Shown: piece after piece, positions 1-12,251 of the stretch
Numbering within the stretch: the stretch's first letter is position 1
Layout: every line of letters starts with the position of its first letter
Assembly: GCA_047495785.1 (NCBI GenBank)
Contig: JBLDXI010000009.1
Span: forward strand, 4,650,001 to 4,714,000
DNA: 64,000 nucleotides
Source of the DNA: Lepidodermella squamata
Lineage: Eukaryota > Animalia > Gastrotricha
Direction of reading: 5' to 3'
Translations under genes and position numbers: made by a program
The notes under the pieces: model-generated
The model's input: only the letters and a program-made list of their open reading frames with translations
What the model was told of the DNA's origin: nothing
The model's database searches: none

Positions 1-2762
1 TATGCCGTAAAGCCAAAATTGCTGTGGCCGGTCCAGATTGCTGAACGTGACAGGGCAAACGCCAGCGCATATGCTCTAACTGAGTTTTTAAACAATGCAT
101 CACGAGTTTTGGCCGACTTTGAAATCGTTCCATATCCGATGCTCGCGGAATTCGAAAATTCTAGTAACGTTCATGCACGGGAACTATCTGAGATCGAACT
201 GCCGAAGGGAACCTACTTGGCGCCCATTATAGTGGGACCTGATGGAGAATGTGACACATCTGCAGGCACATATCGTGGTATCCATATGGTTATGGTAATA
301 ATACTTACACTTACCGTCTTACTATTGGCGAGCCCACAAGTCATTAGACCTATCAAGATCTTATCAAAATTTTGAATCGTCTGTAGAGTCAATAACAGAA
401 TAAGTTCATTGAAAACTAATTATCGAATCCTTCACTCCAAAATTGAAATTGTACAATCTTTTAAATTACTGATGAAGTATGAGAACTTCTGTTCAAACTT
501 CAACTTTTGAAAAATGCCCACATTATTTATGTATAAAAAATTGTAAATGTATGCAGATCTGTCATTTCATTCGCCGCCATTTTGATTCTCTAGCAGAAAA
601 AAGAAGCAAATTCGAATCAAAAGAAAAAGTTACCAAATTGGACCTCAAAATTTATTATGCTTGAAATACACTGCTACAACCTGCTGTGAAAAATAAAATG
701 ATATCTAACAACGCATTCCTATGATTATTTTATCTCTTTCGGAATTCGCAATTAGACCACGTCAAGCTGCGCTGGACCTTACATCGAATCGAGGCGAAGT
801 GTATTCTTCAACAATCTTTACACTACTCTGGGATCCGTAAGCACCTACAAATACGCGTTCTTGGAGGCTATCAGAAGTCTGGGTGGCTGGAAGCGGGTTG
901 GCATGATCTACTCTTGGTGGCTTCGAGACGTTCCCATGTTAGCCACTGAGACTTTTAAACTTTTGACGGCGAACAAGATCGAAGTCAGCGAATCTGTCGG
1001 GTCTTACTGGTTCGGTGAAATGGAGGACGCTGAACTAAAACCCCTGCAAAATGTCAGAGTCGTTCTAATTTTCCCATATGGCGCCTACGAATGTCAGATC
1101 TTCCTATGCAAGGCATTTCAAAATGGCATGCGCCCACCTTTGTACCATTTTATCGCCTCAATTCCGGCATGCTTGACTTGGAACCTGGATCGAGAAGTGT
1201 ACATATCTGATGGTTGTACGCGTGAAATTATCGACATTCAACTGTCAGCGTTGTTTGCCATCGGTATTCCGACCAGACCTTTCGAAACTCCTGGAATTTC
1301 AAGTCTAGGAATAAGCGCCACCGACTATGACGAAATGATCGTCGTGAAGATGCTAGAAGTAGGGAAGATAATTAGTATCGATAGCATTCGCCAGGCTGAA
1401 TTTGACGTTCAGATGTTGGCGTTACTGGCTTTAAACCAAACTGAAGCTATTCTTAGACAAAACTACAATCTCTCCTTAACTGATTTCAAGAATCCAGAAT
1501 ACCAGGCTCTGATATACAGTGTTGCGAATCGAACCACGGCAGAAATTGATGCAGTTGGATTTCGAAATTCTAGGATCAAACGAGACGTGAATGGTGAAAT
1601 GTATCAAGACCTAGCGATAATGCAAGCTTACAAGTTGCAACCTCGCCGAGTGGCTCATCTAGCGTACAACCATGAGAAACGATCATTTTCATACAAGCTA
1701 GATGTTGAACCAATCTGGGCTACTGCAACAGGACATTCTCCAAAAGATCTTTCCAACGTTGAACTGAGGATTGGCTACAGCGGCAGAATAATGAGTGGTA
1801 TTGTCGCTTCCTTGGCGGTATCTCTGACTATGATGCAAGTCCTTCTACTCACAACAACAGCCCGAACAAAACCGGAGATGTTTTACAGAAACTGGAACAA
1901 GTACTTCGTTTTCATTGCCTGCATAGGCCTGAACGCATCAGCTATCTTTCTTATCATTGGCCATGATTACGCTCCTGCTACGGAATGCAGATGGAGAATA
2001 GTGTTGATACTGATAAGCTTGAGCATATTTCATAGCCTGATCTTCAGTCAAGTTTTCGTCTACAGCAAGTTTGTCCGAGTGAGAACCTATCTAGTGAATA
2101 ACAGAGGTATACGTTACATCAACCATCTTTCAAGGTGGAAGTTATCTACCCACCGAGTCCGACCGAGTGTTCCATCTTATGAAACACAGGGTATTGTTAT
2201 CCAACGTCGCGTTTCAATCCTTACAAGTAATAGGTACCAAAACCAGCTGCAAATGTCTCAGTCTATGTGTGTGGCTTTGGCTGTCAATGTCGTCGGCCTA
2301 CTTCTCTGGATTATCAAAGAGCCCATGCAGCTTGTTTTATCCAAAAACCCGGTAGCTTTCGACGAGACGGCTGATACATATTTCGAGCTCGATGTTATGT
2401 CTTGCAGCTCTGCGAATCTGACCTACTGGCTTGGCGCTGTTCTCGCCTTCAATTTCGGGCTAATCTCGCTGGCAAATTTGTTCTCAGTGGATCTCAGGCG
2501 GCGCATCATGCCTAATGAATTTGCGCTGAGCTGCAACCTAATTAGGGCAGCAGCGGTTAACGCGCTAACGCTGCTAGCTGCTGGGGTGATTGTGCTCGCT
2601 TTGGTCGCTTCGTCAAACAAGCCATGCGTAGTGAACGCAGTACTAGCTTTCATCGAGCTCGTCTATTCTGGCCTGATGAGTTTCGTTTTGTTGCTACCTC
2701 TAACTGTGAAGGTTGAAAAACTTGACGGTGTTTGGGCAATGCGAACTCACGCTAATATATAA
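1..2762 (+). CDS. Class C GPCR, GABA-B-receptor-like (Venus flytrap + 7TM); 5' end outside the window
   Basis: Exon up to 294, phase-0 intron 295-755 (GTAATA..ATTAG), exon 756-2762 in frame with ORF 861-2762. Junction reads HMVM|TTSSCAGPYIESRRSVFFNNL, like the GABA-B SYGSSSPALS..FFRT region. Pre-TM1 WATATGHSPKD; ECL2/TM5 CSSANLTYWLGAVLAFNFGLI; seven hydrophobic segments; no Cys-rich domain. Confidence 0.8.
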
Positions 2763-3685
2763 CCAGGTGTTCATACGATTTTGAAACTTGGAAACGTTAT
2801 GCTCATCTTTTATCACGAACCTAACTGTTAACAACAATAGGGCTTAGCAAAAAGCCCCGAGCTTTATATTAGGCTTTATGATGTTGGTATGATAGTAGCA
2901 AAATGCGAGCATATGAAATATCATCCTGCTTGACATCTTGATTTGTCGCCCTTGGACAAGTCATTTTTTCCTATCAAATTCCCCATCCCCCCATCCCCAT
3001 CCCATGATACGTTATGCCGCTTTATTAGCTGACAAATGATCCGGTCGCTCATGGCTCATGTGAGCAAAAGCTTAGTGTGATATCGACAGGTGATATTATG
3101 TCTGAATATAATGGGCACAAATTCCCGAAGCAGCAACTTAACAGTAAATTGAATGCAAGGTGATGACAACGAAGCACGAAGAATACCTAAGTAATGCAAG
3201 AGAATTTTCAGAGTTTTCATGTTTCATAAGTAACTTGTGGCGGAACTGAGTGGAAAGCATATGAACATTTACTAAAGTAATTCATGGGAGTCTGGAAAGC
3301 TGCCTTTAATAAAGAATAAAGACTCTGAAATTCAAACAAAAAGCAAAACATTATTTCTAAATCAAATCTAGTCTCGCAAAAGCCTCGAACGCCAGAGATG
3401 TTCCAGTGTATTAACTCTTCATTGCACCCAATTTTGTAGTCCACAGGCCGATTTATCGCTTTTCGCACATTACCCTAGCGCAAACGTAATGTATTTGTTA
3501 CTTTTTCAACTCTCAAGTGCGCGATTATTATGTCGTGGCGCAGAAAAGCGCCGGCCTGGGAATTGACTATCCTAAGTGTCAAAAAAATACGACACACAAT
3601 TTCCGCGCCTGTCAACGCAAGAGATGGAACGTTGGTTAACAATTCAAAATATGCACTAATTTTGTAATTTTTCGTTCTAAAAATA

Positions 3686-6600
3686 ATGGCGACGACGTTC
3701 AAGCGACACGAACATCCAACTGATGAACCTAACGTTGTCTCCATAATTGGCGCTTACAAATGGTCGCCGATAAAAACAATGTTTTTCTGCATCTTTTCCA
3801 TTCTTACAGCCTTCCTTTTCCCGATCATTGTGTGTTTTATGGGCAAGTCGGAGCTGATAAAGCGAACTCACGTTCGAACTCGGTCGATTGACAAAGCAAC
3901 AGTGTTTCTAGCCAAGGTTTCCTACCAAGCAAAGCCTGTTATTTGCTACCCACGCCTGATCACTTGCAACAGCCTGAACGCTAAAACCAGCGCAGTTTTG
4001 AAGCCGATAAATCGAATATGGCTCGCCTTTCACCGCAAGATTTCGTCGACTTTATCAACAGATCGCTGCTTCTTGGAATTCGTGAGCGAAAATGACTCAG
4101 CCGCTGCGTTTAAAGTCCACGTTAACCCAAGTGACAATCTTCGAGCTGCGATTGACCTCGGCCCTGATATCGGGGTTTTCATTTGGAATGCAGAGAAGCG
4201 CATTTTCAACCGAATGCCCTCGATTTCGCCGCAAAGTTACGGAAAAACGTCATCGAGACTTCGGTCTCAGAAGTCGCAGGGTACAACTGTTGGAACTCCT
4301 ACGACAGACTTTTTCGAAGAGGACGAACCGAATGATTTCATCATTACGAGTGCAATGGATTCGGATTTCTACCAACAGGATCTATGTGTTAATGATGACA
4401 TGTTCAACCTCGAACTTTACAGGTAGACCATGCTTTTGTTGACTTTAAAATTATTAGTTGATTTTTTCATCCAGGCAAAACACGAAGAAAACCTGGCTCT
4501 GTTACATTTTGAGCCTGTTGTCGTGCGGTCTTCTCTCCGCCGTTTTCGTCTGGAAACCCAACTGGCGGCTCATGGCAATGTTCGATCAGCTCAACTTCGG
4601 CGACTCTCGACGCGCAACACATATCAAAATAATCGATGCAAACATTCCAGACAACATTTGGATCCGTCCTCTCTGGCTATCAACTCGAAAAGGGGTCTTA
4701 GTCAAAGATGAAAACCTGTCACCAAGGAAAGTCCCGTGGCACCTGATCTGGCGGTTTTTCGTCTTCGAATCGATGCCGTTTGTCCTGGATATGAAGACAA
4801 ATCGATTTGTAGCTGGCCCAATATTGTACGAAGAAATTGTTGCGGCTTGTAACCAGAGTTCTTTGAATCGAGCTCAAGAGGCTGCTTCGACCCCAACTCC
4901 AGGCGTCTATTCATTAAACAACTGCGATATTCGCCATCCATGGGCCAGACGAGCATTATGCGGCTTCAATGTAACCCCAGTTCCTTTGACTCCAATCTGG
5001 TTCATCTTCTGGCGCGAAGCTTTCTCGCCGCTCTACATTTTTCAGGTCGCTTGTTGCGTCATGTGGTATACAGTCGATTACACGGTTTACGCAACATGTT
5101 TGATGACTTTCGCCTTTCTCACGATTTCTTGGTCTGTTTACATGACCTTCACGAATGAACACGCTGTTTGGCAGGCAGTTGTTGGTCAGAAGTCTATCAC
5201 GGCTCAAAACACCCCGAGGAGTCAATCGACAAACAATTTTCGGCCAAGTTCCTCGGCTAGTAACCTCCTTCAGGGTCGCAGTCCGACAAAGTCCACTACA
5301 GCCAGTCAAAACTCGAGCTCGGAAGATAAGGAGAAAGTCATGATTGCAGAGCAAGGAGATGCGGAATGTGGATTCGTAACCTCAATCCCAGCTAAGATGC
5401 TAGTCCCTGGAGACATCGTTTTCCTAGGAAAAGCGCCAGATGGTCACTTACCGCCAATTCCGGCCGATCTCGTCATACTCGAAGGATCCTGCCTGGTCGA
5501 CGAATCGATGTTATCTGGGGAGGTAACTCCTGTTACCAAATTTCCATGCGCAAATCCAAGACGTGAGAAGCCGTTTGAAAGGAATATGTTACATTCCGGG
5601 ACTAAATTGATCTGCATCTCAAGTGGCGCTGCAACGGCAATGGTAACTTCAATCGGGTTCTGCACGAATCGAGGCCGATTGGTCCGCTCAGTCCTACGAC
5701 CAACGAAAGCGGATGTGAGATTTACCGTTGAGACTATCAAGTTCCTGGGAGCTATGGCCATTGTCGGAATTATCGGCTTGACCTATACTGTGATCATCCG
5801 GGCGATGAGAAACGAAGATGCGGTTCTAATTTTGATCATGTGTGGAGTTTTGGCTGCCGTAGTTGTCCCACCTCAGTTATCAGTCGGCCTTACCATATCC
5901 CTAGTAGTAGCCCAGGTCCGCCTCAAAGCTAGACGTATATTTTGCACGAATCCTAAATCAATCACCCCAACTGGTAGCGTTGATCTGGTCTGTTTCGACA
6001 AAACAGGGACGTTGACCGAAGAAACCGTCCGGCTGAAGTCAGTAATCACTGTTGGATTCCGTCCCCCACCCGAAATTCAAGACATTGACGCGGATTTAGT
6101 CGATCGAGTCTCTTTTTACCAGGCTGAGGTGACTCAGGTCTTTGAATTGTGCGCAGCTAGCTGTAACTCCCTAACCATGCTCCCGCCGCCTAGTAACGAC
6201 AAATCCCCATCAAAAGCTCCGCCTTTAGCAGTAGAGCCGATAGGTGATCCTATTGATTTGGAATTGTTTCGATTCTCTCAGTTCAAGTTGCTGCCATCAG
6301 GGCTTTTCTACTCTCTGAAACGACCGACTTTAAGAGTTGAGATTCTGAAGAATTTCGGCTTCTCACCCGAGCGTAGGTCGATTTGTGTCGTGGTTAAAGT
6401 CAGCGATTTCCTAGCTACTGATGAGGAATCAGTCTACGTTTTTGTAAAAGGCGCCCCTGAACATGTTTTGCCTCATTGTTGCAAGACAACAATCCCGTCT
6501 GAAACAAATGAACTAATGGCTGAGGCGACTCATGGTGGTCTCAGGTTAATTCTCTTAGCCTCGAAACGGGTCGAAGATCCGCATGAAATCGAACGAATAA

Positions 6601-8174
6601 TCGACCAGGCCACGCATCAGGATGAGGTGGAGACTGGGCTTGAATTAGCTGGAATTTCGTTTTTCGAAAATTGTGTCAAGCCAGAGTCACGGCCAACCAT
6701 TGCAAAACTCCAGGCTGCAAAGTTGAGGAGTATCATTATCACAGGCGATGACGTTAGAACCGCTGTCGCAACTGCCAGAACTGTCGGTATTGTTGGCGAG
6801 TATGTGATGCTAGTGACTGAAAGCGGCAATGACTCGCAAACTGTTTCGGCAAGTGCCTTCATCAAAATGAATGCGCTGAATGAGTTGAACGATCGGCTGC
6901 CGTTTGGAAGTGTTATCGCTGTAACAGAGGATTCATGGCAAATCTTACGGCAGCATTTGAGCACAAGGTTACAAATCCATTTTTATTTAAACTCCTTTAT
7001 AAGTTTTATTGTTCTTTAGCCTCAGCGCTCTATCTGCATTCCAAGTTCTACTCGAACGCGGCGCGGTTTTCGCTCGTTTCCGCCCCGAGCAAAAGGCTGA
7101 AGTTGTAGCTGAATATCGACAAAGATTTGGCTTTATAGTGGCTATGATTGGAGATGGGGCCAACGATTGCTGCGCTCTGAAAGCAGCGGATGTTGGAATC
7201 GCTCTGACCGAGGCCGAAGCATCCGTAGCCAGCGCTTTTACCTGCAAGAATCGAAACGTATCCCCAGTAGTCGATATCCTGAAAGAAGGGCGATGCTCTT
7301 TGATCTCAACGTTTGGCCTGTTCAGTGTCATGGTGTCCTATTCTTGCGTCCAGTTCTCGTCTATGTGCATTCTGTACTGGTGCCAGTCGAATTTTGCCGA
7401 TTTTCAGTTTTTGTATCTTGATTTGTTTCTGTTGACTACACTTTCCCTTGTCTTCCCACTTGTACCTGCCTTCCATCAAGCCCTCAGTGATAAACGACCG
7501 CATCGCCGCTTGCTGTGCTTCGGACAGATAGCCCCAATACTTGTCCATAATGCGGTCAATTTAGCCTTCCAACTTTTCGTTTTCCATTATGTCAAACGTC
7601 AGCCTTGGTTCCTGCCTTACAATATTCCACAGGTAAAAATGTGCTAAAAATTGCCTCATGTTAAAGGATTTGCGTTTAGGGAATGAACTCTAAGCGTCAG
7701 TACAACAGCTTCGAGTCGTATTCGGTCTTCAGTGTTTCGATATTCCAATATGTTTGGTCAGCCCTGATATTCTCTCGAGGCGCTCCATTTCGCAGTCGAT
7801 TCTATCGGAGCCGAGCATTCAGTGCTCATTTAGTCCTACTCCTTATAGCTAACCATGCCATTGTTATTTACCTCCCCGAGCCACTGAGGCGCATAATTGA
7901 AATTTTCCCACCTCCATCAATGGGATACCGCTATCAAATGATAATTCTAGCATACATCAACCTAGCAACGAGTTTCATTTGCGTTCGAGCGGTGGAGGAA
8001 TTTTCTCAATCGAAATTGCTTGGAAGAATTCGAAGACGATTGTCAGGACCTAAACACAATGCGGAAGATCAGCAGATGGGATTTCTTGTCAGCAATCATC
8101 CGTCGCAGCAAGTTATCGAGAATGTCGATGTCGATGCGATTGAGATGCGATTGAGCCCAGAAATAGATGCCTGA
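3686..8174 (+). CDS. P5B-type ATPase (ATP13A2-5-like cation/polyamine transporter)
   Basis: Exons 3686-4422, 4475-6967, 7020-7632, 7680-8174 (introns 52, 52, 47 nt; frames join). Motifs LVPGD, DESMLSGE, CFDKTGTLT, KGAPE, TGDD, GDGANDC, ALKAADVGI, EASVASAFT, EGRCSL, FQFLYLDL, SRGAPFR. Confidence 0.93.
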
Positions 8175-8519
8175 AAACTCGTGATTACCTCAAGCATTTA
8201 TAAGCAGATTCCATTTAACAGATAATTCATCTTTATCCACATTTTTAATCAAACAAAATTGCACTTATACTTATCGATTCCATCATCCTTTATTTTGACA
8301 CTTTTTCTTATTATTTATTATTTGTTTTATGGAAAGAAATAAATTGTCTTGATGTTAGGAAATGACACGCTTTTCCCATGTGAGAATGCAGTCGGCAATT
8401 GTAATCGGATATCTCAGTGTGAAAATCTACAGCTATCTAGTGTCATATATGGGTGGTATACTGAAAAGAGAGCGCTAAACGATATTCGTTGGAGCTTGTT
8501 AACGCGTGTCCCGAAAGAA

Positions 8520-10228
8520 TGATTCTTCTGAAGGTAATTTTGTTGTGTATAAATCAGCTCTCATCATTCAGCCAAATGACAACTGTCTCACGGACCCGCG
8601 AAAAAGTTGCGAAGCCTGATCCGCATGCATTCCAAGGTTGCACTTATACTTGTCGATTCCATATATTTTTGTATTTCTCAGCGAATAATATATTTCCAGG
8701 AAATGAGGAGGCCAAACTCATCGACTTCCTGTTCACTAATTATCGCGGCCAGGGATTAGCAAGGCCTATACGCGACTTCAAAAGTGTTATGGAGGTGCGT
8801 TTCCGATTAGGGGTCGATCTATTCTCAGAACTCGACGAGCACACTGGCTACGCTAGGATAGTTGCAACTGTCACTGCGGCTTGGCACGACGAATTTTTAA
8901 AGTGGAACTCAACGCCTCAATTCAGCCATATTGATACCCTACCTATTCTCGGTGATCGGATATTTAAACCCACTATAATCCCGCACGGAAGTAACGGCGA
9001 TAGGGCTCCGTTATTTCACTCGGGCTCGAGAAGCGGTGGAGAACAAATGCCTTTGTTTTGGGTGGACAGCAGCGGCCTAGTTCATGCAACTATAACCCAG
9101 CCGTTTGATACAACTTGCAAAATCGATGTATCAGACTTCCCTTTCGATAATCAAATCTGCGAATTTTACTTCAAAATACTACAATTTCGAACTCCGAGAA
9201 TGAGGCTGAGGTTAGGAAGAAACGAATCAATTGCTAAAAGAGCTGTGGTCGAAAAATTTCGACAGACCCGTTGGAAAGCTAACCCTATGTGGGAGATAAT
9301 TGATGTGAAGCCAGAAGAGCGGTCTTATGCTAGTAGCAATCTAACCTCGGCAAGCTTCACCGCTATCGTCTATCGAATCAATATCAAACGAAAATCAAGC
9401 TACTACATGTGGAATATAATCCTACCTACAGGGTCGATGGCTGCTATTCAAACCAGTGTATTCTTCCTGCCTTTTTCGCCAGAAAGGGTCATGTTTGCTA
9501 TCACAGCTGTTTTGGCTGTCGACATTTTTCAAGGGTCGCTATCCGCTAAAGTTCAAACTGGATCAGAGCCACTGCCTTTGATCAAATACTCGACAGCGCA
9601 GCGTTTGATTGGGATTATCATCACTATCGAGTCGATCATTGTTCTATCTATCACTTTGAATTCAGACCCGCTACCGAGATGGATTGTTTCGATAATGCAT
9701 GGAAAGTTGACGTCGCTGTTGAAGAGGGGGAAAAGCAGCATTGGGAAGACTTTACGGAAGAGAGCTGCGCCGAGTAATTTATCGAATCAAGCTAGCAATG
9801 GAGTGTTGAAATCTCTGGTTATGGTTGCTGGGTCGAAATCGATTGAGAACCACCCTGGCCGGCAAAGTTTCATGATATCTCAAGCCATGCGGAACGACCG
9901 ATGTCGAACTCCGGTGGTTTCTAAACCAATCTACCCAATCGACGAGGATGAGGACGAAAATAACAATGATGATTCATCCAAGTCGAAACAAGTGCGATGT
10001 GCTGAGGAGCCAATCGGACAGCAAATTCCGGGTCGGAAATATGGGAAGAAATACCCATCTCGTAACAAGCGGAGGAAATCATCTGTGCAGTATCAGGAAC
10101 AGGTCCTTGCAGATATGAATTCCCTAGAACGTCATGAATTAGCTATTATTGTTGATAGACTTTCGCTAGGTGCAATTTGTTTAACTTTTGCCTTACTACC
10201 GGTGATTTTCTTCAAATTCTCTGGATGA
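8520..10228 (+). CDS. Cys-loop ligand-gated ion channel subunit, family A, copy A1
   Basis: Signal peptide MILLKVILLC; probable in-frame intron from 8637 to acceptor 8681 or 8699; RP motif, ELDE, WHDEFLKW, Cys-loop CKIDVSDFPFDNQIC, KRKSSYYMWNIILP, four TM segments. Confidence 0.92.
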
Positions 10229-10874
10229 GGTGTTACTTCATAGTTACCAGGAAGGCTTAGCTCGATAAATAAAATCAAGGATACATGTTTTTTGTTTGAC
10301 TTGGATCTGGATGTGGAAGATATTGCGAAATCGGAATTAATTTGAAAAAACTCGGAACCGTAGAACTGTGCTGGATCTGTAAAGTGGAACTGCGCTTTAA
10401 AATAATTTCAAGCGAATATGAATGAACCATAATTACTTATGTTCAAAACACATTTCAATTATCCGCCACCTCCTTGAGCAAATTTTATTTGTCTTTTGCC
10501 CTCTCGTCTCTCTGTCTGCGTGTAATGAACTTGATAGCAATGTCTGCTCGGTCCGTCCGCGAGGCCGGTCGAGAGCTCTTCACGCTGATGTAATTCATCG
10601 TTCGCGTGACAAGCACAGCAAGGACGTTACGCTTATGAGTGGCGCATTCATCGTTTGAGTAATAATAGACTGTCCCAAATGGGAAGAGTGTGCGGTAATT
10701 ACCATGACTTCGTGCCATAATAAACTCATCACCCTGTTTTCAACACTTAATCGATTGGCGATAACCGGAGCAAAAAAACACGAGGTCAAATCTCGATAAT
10801 CCAACGACGCTTTGTCTCGTCGATTACTGAGTTGCCCCAATCTAGACGGATTCATATTACAGATTAAAGAGGCA

Positions 10875-12251
10875 ATGATAATTTTGGCTCTGATATTAGC
10901 AGCAGTTCCTCGAGTCGCATTTGTTAGGGGAGAATACGTTCCCGAAAACTTGACTGAAGGAAATTGTGAGTCTTATTGAATTTGAAAATCATCAATCATC
11001 ATTCTGTTTGTTTTGTAATCAGATGACAATGACATTTTCTACGGAAACGATGAAACAGAGCTGATGCAGCAGCTTATCGGCAGGTACCGCGGTTTTGGGC
11101 TGACACGGCCCATAAACGACTCCCGTCAAGTTATGGACATAACTTTCGACATGGCCATCGATCAATTCGTGGAGCTTGACGAACATACTGGCTATGCAAA
11201 AATCGTAACAACGATCTACGCAGGATGGCAAGACGAGTTCTTAAAATGGGACCAGCTTCCACGTTATTCCAATGTGACAATGCTTGTTCTCGATGCGGGC
11301 AAACAAGTCTTCAAACCCGTCATCATTCCGCTTGGAAGTTCTGGCGACCGATCTCCGGTTTTCCACTCATCCAGCAGGCCACTTGGACGGAATCTGATAA
11401 TGCTCTGGGTAGAAGGAAACGGCCGCGTCCATGCAAGTGCTGTAAAAACTCTTGATACAATTTGCGATTTGTTGGATGTTTCAAAATTTCCCTTCGATTC
11501 ACAATTATGTGAATTCACTTTCAAAATTCCGAATTTTGGGATGCGGCTGAAAATTGACCCGTACGATGAATCCTCAGTGAAGTCGAACCATGTGATTATG
11601 GACACTAATCAAATGTGGGAAATTGTTGAAGTTCAACCTCAAGAGAAGATTCTAGCCGGGAAAGTTCCTGCTATCGTTTACAAAGTCATGATCAGAAGGA
11701 AACCCGAGTTTTACCTGTGGAATATCATCCTACCAACTACGGCGATGGTTGCAATACAATCCAGTGTATTTGTGCTGCCAATCTCACCTCAAAGGGTCAT
11801 GTTTTCTGTGACTACAGTTGTTGCTATCGACATTTTCCAACAGTCTTTGACAATGAAGATCCAGTCATCATCTGAGCCTGTTCCTTTGATCAAATACGCG
11901 ATAGTTCAGCTGATATTCAGCGTCCTCACTGCAGTTGAGTCGATCGTTGTTTTATCGATCATGATTCGTAGTGATCACCTTCCAAACTTTGTTATCCATT
12001 TGGTTTTTGGTCAATGGAAGGACAAATTGTTCAATTTTTCATTCACGAGGAATCTTATGCCGTGCTTTTGCAGGAACGACGATGAGAACAAATTTAGAGT
12101 CGATCTGTCGCCGAATACAGAATTTTGCAACGCAAAACTCCTTAATGCAATGCGGAGGAAAAAGTTTGCGAAATTGCTTGATAAACTGTTTCTTTGTTGC
12201 TTCATTAGTTTCTTCCTGTTTTCTCCAATAGCCTTTTTCGCAATTCGCTGA
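10875..12251 (+). CDS. Cys-loop channel subunit, family A, copy A2
   Basis: Signal-peptide exon 10875-10965 (MIILALILAAVP), intron 10966-11022, exon joins ORF 11064-12251. Cys-loop CDLLDVSKFPFDSQLC; four TMs. Confidence 0.92.

Noticed and set aside
2981-3005. CCCCAT short repeat
   Set aside because: Short low-complexity tract; not telomeric and no supporting context.
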